Source of the DNA: Rhina ancylostomus
Taxonomy: Eukaryota
Length of the DNA stretch: 64,000 nucleotides
NCBI GenBank assembly: GCA_030265395.1
Contig: JARFYF010000094.1
Span: 33,593,913-33,657,912 of the forward strand
Direction of reading: 5' to 3'
Position numbers and translations under genes: made by a program. This document shows, piece by piece, positions 39,381 to 52,880 of this stretch. Position 1 is the first letter of the stretch, and each line of letters begins with the position of its first letter. Under the pieces are notes generated by a model, which saw only the letters and a program-made list of their open reading frames with translations, was not told where the DNA came from and ran no database searches.

Positions 39381-42300
39381 CTGGCGTGCATGTTACTGTT
39401 CATAACAGTGATTTAGATTGTTTAGAAACTTCGTTCCATACTAGTGGCTAAATGATTTTAAAGAAATATAGTGACAAGTTTCAGCTGCACTGTTGCTATG
39501 GCAGTATGCCCTTGTGACCAGTCTGTGCTAGAGGCAGCCAAATAAATATTAGGGCCCAATGCCGTTAAGTTAATTACCACATAAAATCAGCAAGATTTCA
39601 AAGATGAAACTTGCTACTCGGTCTAGGGGGAAACATGCAAGTCCAAATGAAGACCGTCTTCATTACCGCTGCTACTGATAGGCTAGTATCCAAATTGCAA
39701 TTACTCTTTATTAAATCATACATGGTGTTGTGAAAATCACACACAAACATCTGTACTGGACATACAGCTGTTTCATGCATATCTACTTATTGAGTACATA
39801 TGCCACTAGATAATTGTTAGTCAATAGATTTCCAGTGGAGATCAAGATCCAACTTAAAGGGATATCACTATGTGCCCCATCCTCCATTGGAAGGACCTGC
39901 TGCAGTGAGTAGGGGTGGAACCCTGGCAAGAACAAGTTCAGCCCCAATCAATTCACTCCTCGAATGCTGGATTTTTGTCTCATGTTAAAGACTGGAACAA
40001 TGCTAAAAGATTAAAATGAAGATGTTTTAACCCAGTATTAGCACTTGATTTAATTTGGTGTCAGTTTCAGTTTTGATAATTTTCTTCAGGTGGGTAAAAT
40101 AGAGTGCTGACACCAATCCTCCATCAAGTTATAATAGACTTTGTAACACTAGTGTCCCAAGGACAAATGAATTAGCCTTGGTTGAAATACACCCAGTTGT
40201 CAACTATCCACGTAGTACACTAGTTCTACACCCCAAAGGAACCTGATTGCATTAGATTTGTAATACCTGAAGCTACAATGGTGTGACAGGAAGCACAGCA
40301 AGCTGCTTCCCCACCAAACTGCTAAAGGATGGAATTGAGATTTGCCTGTCACTCAAATGGATGAGGAAGTTGTGTCAATTCTCACCCTGGCCACCAGACG
40401 GCATGTTTCATAGATCAAAACATGCAGGGATGCTGAGACCAGACACTGGCAATCAATGAGAAACACAGAAGGTGGTATGGGATAGTTTGTAATGCAAATA
40501 AATCATCATTCTGGCTGAAAATGACTATGGCAATGTCAACGAACTATCTTCCATAGAGTAGCTTACAGTGAACACATATTCTTATATGTACCTTTAGCAC
40601 CATGATTAGAAAAAGAGTAAACTACTCCTAGTCAGTTGACAATTGATTCTCATTACATGTTCATACTAAGGTGAAATAAGTGGACTCACATCGCTGCATT
40701 AAAAAATAAATTTCTGTGCTTCATAAAAATTACAAGCAAACTTAAATTTCTGCACTTCATAAAATTACCATTCTTTCTCCCACAAGCAAGAGTAAACAAA
40801 TAAAGGCTTGTTCTCCCAAGGTTGTACATGTACATCAGAGACTTGAGATTTGTCACACTGTTTCCCATGAATGCAAAATCATTTTATTTTATTCTTCCAT
40901 TTATATCTCCAATAACTTTATAAAAACAATTTTGTGCCAAAATGTTTCACAAAGAAAACATGAACCTCTGTTAATTTTGGCTGTACATATTCCAATTTAA
41001 AGAGATGCAGAACTTGTTAATACAACGAGAAGTTGTTTCCAATCATGTTAGTAACTACCAGTTTAAATGTAATTAGCTCTTTTCCAAAACTAATATAGCC
41101 ATAGTGACAAAATTGCCAGGAAGTATATTTTTTTCCCAAGAATACAAGAAGAAATATTTTCTTTCATCCAATTTTCTCAAAATGCATTAGAAAGTATATA
41201 CATTTTCACCACACAAAAAAATACACTGCTGCCCTGCTTAGTGCACAGGATACATTCCCAGGAACAAGAAGGATAATGGAATCAGTGCAAAAAGGGGTCA
41301 TTATAGTATTTTATATATATAGTGTTACTGAGAGTGCTGCTGTGTTGAGAATGTGGCATGAACTCCTGTCCTTCCACTGATGCACTGGCAACCCAGCACA
41401 ATCCCTACCTTCTCCATTACTGTGTCATGTATCTGGTGCAAATCCAGCAATGAATCACCCCACAGCTCAGTGTGAAGAGGCTGCCTGTGAGGACTGGTTT
41501 TGGCCGACAGAGACATGTGGTGTAGCAACTCAGTGCTGAGATGCTCAGGGCTGCTCTCCAACCAGCACAGTGAGTGCAGCCATTTCTGGAAACTGGCAGC
41601 ACCTGCTCCACATGTTGACCGACATACATCACACAAGGGATGATGAGAGAGAATGCAGAATCTGGGCAATTTGTCAATACATTGAGCACTCACTGAGCTG
41701 TTCAGGATATAGCCCTGTGCCCCTTATCCCAGTATTGAGAAGCTGTACCACTTGCCCTTGCCTGTCCATTGCCAGATCTCCCAGGTAGCCTCTTCACACC
41801 AAGCAGTGGGGCACTTCATTGCTGTGGCAGCACCAAAGAGTATTCACACCACATTCCTGATACAGCAGGGGTTCGCGCCATATCTCTGCCACAGCCATTT
41901 GCAGCCCAAGTGGATGTCTTTTTCCTAAAAGTACCAATGAGGGCTTTGGCTGGAGGACCAAGAGAACTATAATTAATGAGTGGGCTACCAGTGTAGCAGG
42001 AATAATCAGTTCATGCACTCACAAAGCAAACCTCCATATTTTGCTTCCAAATTCCTGATGTATACAAAATTAACGGGTAAAATCTAAAGGTCAGGGGTAT
42101 TGGTGGGTACACTACATATTACCAAAATTTATCTTCGATGTAAAAATGTGATAGGTTTATGACAAATTGCCCTAGGAAAAATACTTCTAACAGGCAGGAT
42201 CCTTCAGCTAGGATCAATGTATTTCAGCAGCAATGAGAGCTGTAGCTGTGAAAGCCTTGTATGAAAGTTAGAGAAACTGTGTTCCCATGTGTACATTTAA

Positions 42301-42518
42301 CACAAAAATTCTAACTGGTTGGTATAACAACATGAAGCATTTCCAAGTTATAGGCTATGTCTGGGTCAAGTGGACTAAATAAGAATTTATTTTTAAAATG
42401 TCCCACAAGCCCTGTTGCCCAGCAGCTAAGAGGAAGCACATACACAGAGTTGCTATGCCAAACTAGCACAAAATACTTTGTACTCCATATTGCATCATGA
42501 CATCAATGATTAGTCATG

Positions 42519-42679
42519 CCATTACATTCAAAANNNNNNNNNNNNNNNNNNNNNNNNNNNNNNNNNNNNNNNNNNNNNNNNNNNNNNNNNNNNNNNNNNN
42601 NNNNNNNNNNNNNNNNNNNNNNNNNNNNNNNNNTGAAGAAGTTCCCCCTACTGTTCCCCCTAAACCATTACATTCAAAA
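42519..42679 (-). mobile_element. Truncated CR1 insertion mostly inside gap 42534-42633, with 15-bp target-site duplication
   Basis: CCATTACATTCAAAA at 42519-42533 and 42665-42679; post-gap tgaagaagttccccctactgttccccctaaa is antisense CR1. Confidence 0.7.
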
Positions 42680-44869
42680 TATATATGGATGCAGGCATAT
42701 ACAAAGTGACATCATGTCATCATCAAGGAGCCATATTTATATCTCACTACCACTGGGGTGCAAAACTTTTATTTGGCTCATTTAGACTGCTTGTCCAAAA
42801 ATCCAAAAGTTGCATCTTTATCTGGCCATGGTGTTCTGAGACCTGAGCTACAGGACCCAGCAACAGAACAACATGTTATCCATACAGCAGGTTCTTGATT
42901 GATGTTCCTTATTGGATATGTGCTACAAAAGCTTACATAAAGGTATGAACCCTAATATGGACTCAATGAAAATATTAGGAGTTTGGGAGGAAAAAAAACT
43001 TCAATGCATTAATTCTCGAGGTCAAAATCTAGATCAAATTTCATACCAATGATTTTGTGATCATGATGCAGGTATAAAATAAAAAATATTTAAATTATCT
43101 GATGAGCATCTATAAATTAGTAATAATTTTCATATCTACATTATTAGCATAATAAATGAGAAGAGAATTTTCAGAGATTTTAATAAAAGATTTGAACAGT
43201 AGATCAACCTGAGAATTGGCTTTTTCTGAATAGAACAGAAAGTGCTATAAGTCAATAGTTTTTAAAACTTTTCTAAGGATCATCTGCAAATATTGACAAC
43301 ATCAGGTCTCCTTGAGTTTAATTTTTTGCCAGCTTATACAAAAGAAATGCAGAATTTCTTTCACCTTTATTTAGAAATAGAAGTGATGTGTGAGTAAGTC
43401 AATAAGTGCAGAAATCTGCTTAGATGTGGAATGAAATCTAATGAGCTCACATGCCCTGTGAATACCCNNNNNNNNNNNNNNNNNNNNNNNNNNNNNNNNN
43501 NNNNNNNNNNNNNNNNNNNNNNNNNNNNNNNNNNNNNNNNNNNNNNNNNNNNNNNNNNNNNNNNNNNATGAGCTCACATGCCCTGGGAATACCCCAGCTG
43601 ACCTACTCAAGTCCAGGGAAACCAATTTGAAAATCTATTGTGTAAGTTGAGAAAGAAAGGAACTTTCAGGAGGAATTAACTGCTGAATGTCTTATAGGAT
43701 GCGACCTGGAGACTTCTGGAACTTAAAATTAAAGCTGCAGCTAAGAAAATGTAATCGGACATGGTACATCAACAGTGGTGTGCCAAAATTAAACAATAGG
43801 TTCATTTTGCAAAAGAGCCTGTAAATTAATTTGTCCAGATTACTACTTTGATCTTGGGTAAAGGTTTAAATGGGGGAAAGTGAAATATAGAACTTATGTT
43901 TAGAAATCACTCTTTATGTGAGAATCTCCAAAGGTAGTTTGGAGACTGACGTATAATTCATAAGGCAGTTAAACACTAACTGAGTTACTTTTTATCAACT
44001 GGTGGGCTAAAATTGTGAAATTGAACCCCCCATGCATGACTCATGGTAACTGGAATAACTCAAGGAAGATAAAATCAATTCTTATAATAAACCGCTGTGT
44101 GAAATACTTTTTAAGTATAAAAGCTGGAGTTTTATATCAGGATTTTGATTTGATCAAACATAATCAACTCCTAAACATAATTCAAGTAAATTTTCCATTT
44201 CATTAGAGTTGGGGGGAGGGGGTGTAAGGATTCAATTAGCACTGTGAGCAGCCAAAATGAACCCATCCAAACAGGTAGATGGATGTTGATGGTGGTGTGG
44301 GGAATGTGAAATAAGAAGAACAGAAATAAATCTTGGAATTATGGGGTTCCAAGGATTCAAGCAGATACATTGAGCCTGCAAGTTTGCATTCACATCTCAT
44401 GCAAAGGTAAAGGACATATCAACACAGCGAGATTTGGAAAGGAAGTGGTAAGATCCTGATGTCATGGCCCAATTTGGGACCAACAATTTATGGAAAAGAG
44501 AAATACTGAGGGAGTATCAGAAATGAGTAATTACAGAGGGGAAAAAATGCACTTGCATGGGATCCTTGCAAATACTACACAAGCCACGTGCTGATTGTCC
44601 AATCAAGAAGCTTGACTGTATGACAAAAAAACTGGTATAGTTAGCCTGGGTTCAATCTCATGGGTCTCTGGGCAAGGAAACATTGTATTGCAAAGGTGAG
44701 CCCCTTTGAACTGGGTTGGGATTAGTTTCCTAGCAGAAAGAATAAACAGAACTGTCAATAAATCTTTAGACTAATAGAACCATATAATGGATCTGCTGAA
44801 AATAACACAATTCAGAAGATAACGAAGTCACTTTCACGTTGGAATGCTTTAATCATTGGAAATCCACAG

Positions 44870-45545
44870 GAATCAGTTCTGGGCCTCGATTTACATGAAG
44901 GGATCTATCGTTCAGTGACTGGTGGGATTGCAGATGAGAAAAGATAGGTGGGAAAGCAGGTTGAAGGGAGGATGCAAAGAGCTGGCAAGTAGATATAGAT
45001 AGGCTAAGCACATGAGCTATTGTTTGGTAGGTGAAGTTTAATGAGTGGAAATGTGGTAGGCAGAATGTAAACGGATTGTTTCAATGTAGAGGAATGACAG
45101 CAAACCACTTTACAGAGAGATTTGTGTTTCCTCATGCATGAAACAGAAAGGTAGCGTGTAGGCATAGCAAGTAATTAGGAAGGCAAATAAAATGTCAGCT
45201 TCTATTGCAAGGGATGGAGTAAAGTATGGATGATACTGTATTTATATAGGGCTTTAGTAAAACACATCTGGACTTCTATGCACAGTTTTGATATTCTTAT
45301 TTAAGGAGGAATATACTTGCATTGAAGGCAGCTTAGCAAAGGTTCATCTCTCAGATTCAATGGATGAAGGGAGTGTCTTATGTGGACGGATTGAACAGGC
45401 TGGGCCTAAGCTCATGTTTAGAAAATGAAAAATGATTTCATTCAAACTTCAAAGATTATGAAGGAGATCGATATTGAGAGGATGTTCCCCCTCATGGGGA
45501 CTCTAAAACTAGTGAACATATTTTCAGTATAGGAGGTCATCTATT
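44870..45545 (+). mobile_element. Old CR1 ORF2 fragment
   Basis: Decayed ADEKKIGGKA...EDAKSWQVDIDRLS, then vkFN..KC, acatctggacttctatgcacagttttg, ttaaggaggaatatacttgcattgaa and gagaggatgttccccctcatgggg. Confidence 0.8.
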
Positions 45546-45889
45546 TGTAAATAAGAAAAGTTTAAGTATTTTCAAGATGAAGCTGAGGTTGCTTCAGTAA
45601 TGATAGTTCTGATTATATCCTGTGCTCTTCCATGCTCCTGCATTGGCTTTTTTCTAGCAATATGAAATAATGTATTAAAGCATCGAATGGATCAGTATAT
45701 AGTGCATTGATTATATCATAGTGTAATGTATTGCATCTAATGCTGTACACAGTACAAAGGGCAACAGTCCATTGCTGGAAGCACTACATAAAGAGCCCTG
45801 GCAGCAGGTGATGCCTGGCCTCATCTCCAAGTCCATTCTTTCAAGTGCCACTTCAGTAATTTAAAGTGCCACTTCAGTGACTTAAAGCA

Positions 45890-46036
45890 TCTGACCTAGA
45901 CAGTGATTTTAGTTCAAAACCGACAAAGGACTGTTGTAGATGTAATCTTTTGGATGAGTCACTGCACTGAGTCTTGACTTTGGCAGGTAGATGTAAAAGA
46001 ACACTGTGTACCATTTGAAGAACAGCAGGGGAGATA
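45890..46036 (+). mobile_element. DeuSINE core fragment
   Basis: tcttttggatgagtc...caggtagatgtaaaagaacactgtgtaccatttgaagaacagcaggggag resembles the Deu domain. Confidence 0.6.
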
Positions 46037-46440
46037 TTCTGACCAAAGAAGTAGGGTTTTAAGGTGCATCGAAAGGAATGAGACGGAGAGGTAACTAGGC
46101 AGAGAGTCTTCAAAAGGATATTCCAGTTAGCTGCAGGTGAACCTACCGCTGATGGAATAATTACAATAAGGGGTGGACAAGAGGCAAGAACTGGAGAAAC
46201 TCAGCATTCTTGTTAAGTTCTAGGACCGGACTGGACAAAATTACAGCGAGAGGCAGAAGGAAGGCTATAGCAAAACAATGACGATATGGGTAAGAATTTT
46301 AAACCTGAAGTGTTGCCATGTTGGGAGGCAAGCAGAAAGTTCTTGGGTAAATAGGACTTAGCATTTGAGCAGTAGAATCCTGGATGAGATAATTTTATGG
46401 AGGATAAAAGGTTGGCAAAAAAAGCATTGGAATACTTAAA
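46037..46440 (-). mobile_element. L2-type LINE fragment
   Basis: Purine-rich antisense pattern gtagggttttaaggtgcatc...ggatattccag...gaattttaaacctgaagtgttg. Confidence 0.55.
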
Positions 46441-47954
46441 TATACATGATAAATGTAGAACTTACAATGGACATCAAAAGAAAGCATATATTTAAATGGA
46501 CTCCAATAAAATAATAGAAATGAAAACCATGGAATCACTTGGAAAACAAAATAAATGTTGCAATGATGGTAGGTGCTTCCAAGTCATTCTGGACGACTTC
46601 ATCCAAACAAGCCAAAAGGCTATTCTCATCCATATAAGTGAGATTGATTCCACTTGTATATAAATCTCTGAAGGGGCACTGTTTGTGGTATAAGCAAGCA
46701 ATTGTCTATATGGATATGTGTGTATTGCTCCAGGAATCATGAAAGACAAGCAACAATACCCATAAAAGGCTGGTATCTTGGGTACAATAAAGATGTTCTA
46801 TCTTGTTAACAGTGTGAGGGTGTGGTAGGGGGGGTTGTAAATGTAATTAGTGGGTGCACAGGCCCAGCCAATGATCATTAATCACAATAAACTCATACTC
46901 CTATGAGAACAATTTGTGCATATTTAATGTGCCTCTCTAAAAAGTACCCAGATTTAAAACTATGTGCACATCCATAATTAGAAATAGTAATTCCAAATTG
47001 GTACCCGATTTCTGACAATGTCAATTGGAGAAAGTAAAGGGAATTGTGGGAAAGTCTTCTGCTGAAATCCTGCCTTAAACACTGAGATTTTCCCCACCCC
47101 CTCCATTTTGGGCAGAAGCCATATGTTTATTTCGCTCTCACATTTTCAATTTTAGAAGTGTCTAAAAGACTGAATGAAATTGTGGAAGCCATTACTATTA
47201 GATTTTAACAGCATATATTGTGTATTTTATATGTTCTTATCATTAAGGATGAACATAAAGCCTTTCTTGGAATTTAAATCATGGGCATTCCAAAAGCAAA
47301 TTTTAAAGTTTGGTTCACCATTCACTCACTGACCCCTTTCTCACCACTCCCTCTCTCCTCCTTATACAGCTGTCTTCTATGGCTGTGTTAGTGGACAGCG
47401 GCTACAGTTTTGGAACACTGCTCCAGAGTGATGAGCTTGAATTCCACTTTGGTGGCTAGAGAATTTAAATTCAAGTAATTAAAACTCATCTAGAATTTTG
47501 AGGGTTTCACTCACCCACACTGAGTCAGGAGCTGAATGGCATTCTCTTGTCTTGTGTGGGCAAGTGGAGCTACAACAACACTAAAGAAGTTCTAGGGAAA
47601 GCAGCTATTCACCATCTTAAACACTCACTCCTATCACATCAGGTGCACTGTGGCAGATTGTGCACTGGTTCCTGCATATCTATCTTNNNNNNNNNNNNNN
47701 NNNNNNNNNNNNNNNNNNNNNNNNNNNNNNNNNNNNNNNNNNNNNNNNNNNNNNNNNNNNNNNNNNNNNNNNNNNNNNNNNNNNNNCACATCAGGTGCAC
47801 TGTGGCAGAGTGTGCACTGGTTCCTTCTTATCTATCTTATCAATGCAGTGTTACCCTAATGGATACAGAGTGGTTGGCAGTTGACAGAGAACTTTTAGAG
47901 TCTGCAAATGTCCTAGAAGGATGACCTTAACCAATTTTGTGCCTAAAAAGCAAA

Positions 47955-48045
47955 AGCTTAGGCAGTGTCTTTGGAGACAAGAACAATGTTTCAGGTTGAT
48001 GACCTTTAATCAGAACTGGGAAAAGCTGGAAATAAAACAAACAGC
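47955..48045. mobile_element. Penelope-type terminal repeat fragment with hammerhead-like core
   Basis: ggcagtgtctttggaga...aatgtttcaggttgatgacctttaatcagaactgggaaaagctggaaat. Confidence 0.6.
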
Positions 48046-48046
48046 A

Positions 48047-48073
48047 GAGATTTTGAGAGAGAGAGAGAGAGAT

Positions 48074-48121
<48 letters not shown>

Positions 48122-48137
48122 TCTGTCTGTCTGTGTG
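48047..48137. repeat. (GA)n microsatellite with duplicated GATTTT interruption and short (TCTG)n
   Basis: Seen directly. Confidence 0.95.
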
Positions 48138-49959
48138 ATGATGGTGCCAGAGCTGCAGAGAGATGAAGAAGGAAGATTTGTGGTAGCTTGGAGACCAGGG
48201 GAGATTATGTGACACGAACAGTGGTGCTCAGATTCCATATGATGTCCAAATTACTTCAGAAAAAACATTTATTTTTAAATGTTTTAATAGATTTTCAAGA
48301 AATGCACTGTTAGAGCACTTGCAGGACAAGCAGGCAATAAACAGCATGATTTTCAGAAAGGCAAGACTTGAATGTTACAAATGTTTCTCTACCTCCAGCA
48401 TGAAATTGGAAAGCAACTGGAGATGTGTGTCAACTAACAGGGAGTTCTAATGGCAACTTGCAATTTAGGAAAATTGTTTAAATCTTTAATCAATGAGATC
48501 CCATGTAAAATTAGAATGTCCCACTTGAGGGAAAGATTTCTTAGCAAAACACTCAGATTTAGAAAATTATGTCCCAAACTGCAGAGCTCTTTAAAGAATG
48601 CATAAGACACATATGGAGCTCAGACACAGTTCATGGTTTAAAGCAGAAATTGAGACTGTAGCCAAACAAGATGCAACTATCCAAGAAGTTAGCATAGCAA
48701 CAGCTGCCAATATCAATACAGAGCATAAGTACTGTGGGCAGAACCCATAGCAGAAAAAAGCAAAAGGTTCCACACATGGTCAGCTGCGCAGGAAGCACAG
48801 AAAACTTTTACAGCAAAATAATTGAAGCACTATGTGTATTTCTGGTTGCCACATTAGTAAATGTACAAACACTGGAGTGGTGAACCAAAGAACAACAAAA
48901 GTGATTCCAAGTGCAAGTTAAAAAAGACCAACCTGTGTTCTGTGATAAAATAGGTAAAGCAGTGAGGAACTTGGTAAAATATGTACAGGATTAAATACTT
49001 AAATAAATTGCGATTATTATTTTAAAACTAAATAGGCTAATGCATAATGGTCATAGGATAGTGAAGTAAGAATAATTTGCATTCACTAAATTTGATATTT
49101 TCAAAATAGACACTATGATCAGCAAAAGAAACTTATCTGAACCCATTGCCACCCTTGCAAGACCAAGGTGAGGCAGAGATGGGGGCAGGAGGAGCAAAGT
49201 GGAGGACAGGTGAGCATACGGGTCCCCTATGGAGAAGACATGATGATAATTATTGGGATGGCCATTACTGAGGCCATAGTCAGACTCAAACCATCCAAGT
49301 TGTTGATAACCTTATATATGATCCTTTTTCTCATACCCTTAATCACACTGTTCTAATTTTTATGCCATAGATGTCCTTAGCACATTGCTATTACTTTCTC
49401 TCCCACCCCTTCCTCTCTGCATTCCAACCAAAAGATTGACCTTTTTTCCTTTGAAATCCCCAAGATCTACAATGTTGCCAGATGGTGGAGGAAGAGCAAG
49501 ACACTGTTGATGGAAACATATTGTCGCTTGATTTCAAATTTGCAACTATCAGCAATCACAGCGTCACCATAGATAACTTATAGGACAGGAGGAATTAGAT
49601 GTGGCAGTCTGAAAAAACAAGGCTGATGATAAATCAAAATTAAATGCACAGTACACTAGAAATCCTTGCAGAAAGTTGTTTTCAGAGTTAACTAGCATGG
49701 AGGAGTTCTGCACCAAGTTGATACAGAGCACTGTGTAGAGCTTGGAGCCCATCCTTCTCAGTGTGGAAGCAATGACTAACTCAGTCTGCACACTTCTGGA
49801 CCCTGTCACAAGGCAGCACCTGAGAGGTAATGTTGCGGATAAAAAAAAACAACCAATTTCAGATTTCTCGAGGAAAGTCATTCTGCAGTCATATAACTTC
49901 AACGTTGCCATCATAGCTATAAACTGCAATCAGCAAAGGGTTTTGCAGGTTTCATACAA

Positions 49960-50225
49960 ACATAGGAATTAGGAGCAAGAGTAAACCACTTGGTCCCTCA
50001 AACCTGCTCTCATTTTATAAAATGATAACAAATCTGACTGCAACCTCAGCTCCATATTCCTGTCTATCTATGATAACTCTTCCTCTCCTTGGTTATCTGC
50101 TTCTACCAACCTTCCTGGAAGAGAGTTAGACTCACAATCCTCTTAGTGGAAAAAAAAATGCTTCATCGCTGCCTGAAATAGGCAACCCCTTACTGTCAAA
50201 CAGTGGCCTAAGCTCTAGATTCCCC
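49960..50225 (-). mobile_element. Old CR1 3' fragment
   Basis: cataggaattaggagcaagagtaaaccacttggtccctcaaacctgctc (antisense tail) and ctctagattcccc. Confidence 0.75.
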
Positions 50226-50694
50226 CAGCCCATGACACTCATTACTAGGAATGCTGTGGAGGGGAGCAGACATTCCATCAAACACAAACATGGTGACTAT
50301 CTCAAGATGAAAGCATTCATCAACACTATCTACCCATGCTACCAGTACTGTTGCTGATGTCCATCAGCCAGCAATGTAGATTGCTGCTTCCCCTCAGGAG
50401 GCTGCTTGAAGTCCTATCCTATTGCCATCTGTAGTCTCCTGCACTGAAAGTCAGCAGCCTTCCAGGAGTCATGTTGCAGCCACACATTAACACTTTGTGA
50501 TATTCAGATACACAAATGCTGTTAGTAGACCTGCACTAAGCATTTCACAAAGGAAATTAGGTGACTATTTTATTTAAAACTGCATGAGTTACATTTCAAA
50601 TTTGTTTTGGAGTGTGTCATTTTGTGTTAACTTTTTTTTGGCAATGAGGGTGCTGTAATGAGGGTTACCAAGAATGTAATTGGGGAATGGTTAT

Positions 50695-51497
50695 TACAGA
50701 ACATAGAATATTACAAGCACAGTACAGGCCCCTCGGCCCACAATGTTGTGCCAACATTTTATCCTGCTCTAAATCTATCTAACCCTTCCCTCTCACATAG
50801 CCCCCCATTTCCTTATCATTCATGTGCCTATCTTAAATGTCCCTAATGTAACTGCCCCCGACAACCTCTGCTGGCAGTGCATTCCACACACCAACTGCTC
50901 TGTGTAAAAGAACTTACCCCTGACATCCCCCTTATATCTACCTCCAATCACCTTAAAATTATGTTCCTTCATGTTAGCCATTGTTGTCCTGGGAAAAAGT
51001 TTCCAACTGTTCACTTAATCTATGCCTCTTATCATCTTGTACACCTCTATCAAGTCACCTCTCATCCTCCTTCTCTCCAAAGAGAAAAGCCCTNNNNNNN
51101 NNNNNNNNNNNNNNNNNNNNNNNNNNNNNNNNNNNNNNNNNNNNNNNNNNNNNNNNNNNNNNNNNNNNNNNNNNNNNNNNNNNNNNNNNNNNNNNNNNNN
51201 NNNNNNNNNNNNNNNNNNNNNNNNNNNNNNNNNNNNNNNNNNNNNNNNNNNNNNNNNNNNNNNNNNNNNNNNNNNNNNNNNNNNNNNNNNNNNNNNNNNN
51301 NNNNNNNNNNNNNNNNNNNNNNNNNNNNNNNNNNNNNNNNNNNNNNNNNNNNNNNNNNNNNNNNNNNNNNNNNNCGTGGACCCCAAGATCCCTCTGTTCC
51401 TCCACACTGCTAAGAGTTCTGCCATTAACCTTGTATTCTGCCTTCAAATTCAATCTCCCAAAATGTGTCACTTCACATTTATCCAGGTTGAACTCTA
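50695..51497 (-). mobile_element. CR1 LINE 3' ~800 bp, interrupted by gap 51094-51373
   Basis: Minus ORFs IEFNLDKCEVTHFGRLNLKAEYKVNGRTLSSVEEQRDLGVH, GLFSLERRRMRGDLIEVYKMIRGID and HNFKVIGGRYKGDVRGKFF; tail gcacagtacaggcccctcggccca. Confidence 0.95.
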
Positions 51498-52880
51498 TCT
51501 TGTTATTGGTATCACACTGCACTCATAAGAGTTCCTGATGCATACCCAGAGTGTAAAATTTAAACCAAGATAATGCTTAAAGTCCCAAAATGTTACATTG
51601 TTGTTACATCTCAGTTTAGTCAATATTTCATCTAGTAAGCTATTTGATTATATTAAAGACAACAAATATCATAAGATATTGGGGTTATTTATCAAATTAA
51701 TTGATGCTTGATCTGCTGAGAATACTGATACAAGGATGCTGTATCCCAATAGTCACAGAGCTAAAATGAAATGATTATGAACAAATTATTTATTAAGCTA
51801 AACAATAGCTTAAATAGTAAAGAAGTACTGTAGTAGGCAGATGCCACAGAAACAGCACTTAAGCAACTGAAGCAGCCAATTCAAGAAGCACACAGATAAC
51901 TTACAGATGCGAAGAATCGGTACAGCAGATTGAAAAGTTATTAGCAGTAATAAACACACTTGAGCAATTCCATCAATAAACTTATACTAGACCATTGACT
52001 GCATCGGCAGATCATCAGCTCTTAGAAGTTACAGTGCATAAAAACGCTTTGAAATATTTCAGAAAGGCTATAAGGGATAATATATCTGGTTTATTAATTG
52101 TCTTATCAGCCAGGAAAACAGATGCAGCTTGCCAATGCTATATGTATTTACCTATAGGTCCAGAGGGAATCAAAAGGGAAGACAGATCAAAAATGAATGT
52201 TGCCTACAAAAAAAAAACTGTTTGGGGTACGGATTCATTTAATACAAGAAGCAAACATGTGAGCTCCCCGAATAAAAAAGGCAAAGGTCAGCTAGTCCCA
52301 TTAGAGACTAAACAACATGTCAATCAACCTTAAGGCTTCCCTTTTCCAAGCAGAACATGTCCAATATATGCATTTGTTCATCAAAATTCAATTGCTTCCA
52401 TCCTTAAGCTATTTTAGTTGCTCTTATTTGTGTAGCAGATTGTCCATAACTGAATAACTAAAAAATCATCACGAGAGCGTGTCTATCTCCAGTCTATATA
52501 GTCTTTGATTTTATGAATGGGCACAATATTCAGAATGATTCCTATTTAGGGAAGTGAGAATAATCATTCCAAAAGCATTATGGAGACGTAATGTAGTTCA
52601 TCAATTTATCAAACACAGAGCCAAATCTGAATGTGATGGTGAGAAATATGATGTCATACAGAAGAAACTAAATAGCAGAATGAGTCAGCAAATCTCAAAA
52701 TGGTCTGATCTATCCAAAGTCAAAGGTTGAAATTGACTTGATTGTCTTTGATGATAATATTCTTCTGCTGGTCAACTGTAAATTACTGAGCATCTGTCCT
52801 TTTGGATGATACCATTGTGAAAGGTATAAAAAAAACTCTATTTACTGTGATTGATATTCACTTTCTGGGCCCCAAAAAGG

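Noticed and set aside
47921-48238. ER- and SL-repeat ORFs
   Set aside because: Translations of the (GA)n microsatellite.
50820-51538. Cluster of long ORFs
   Set aside because: CR1 fragment plus 280 Ns.
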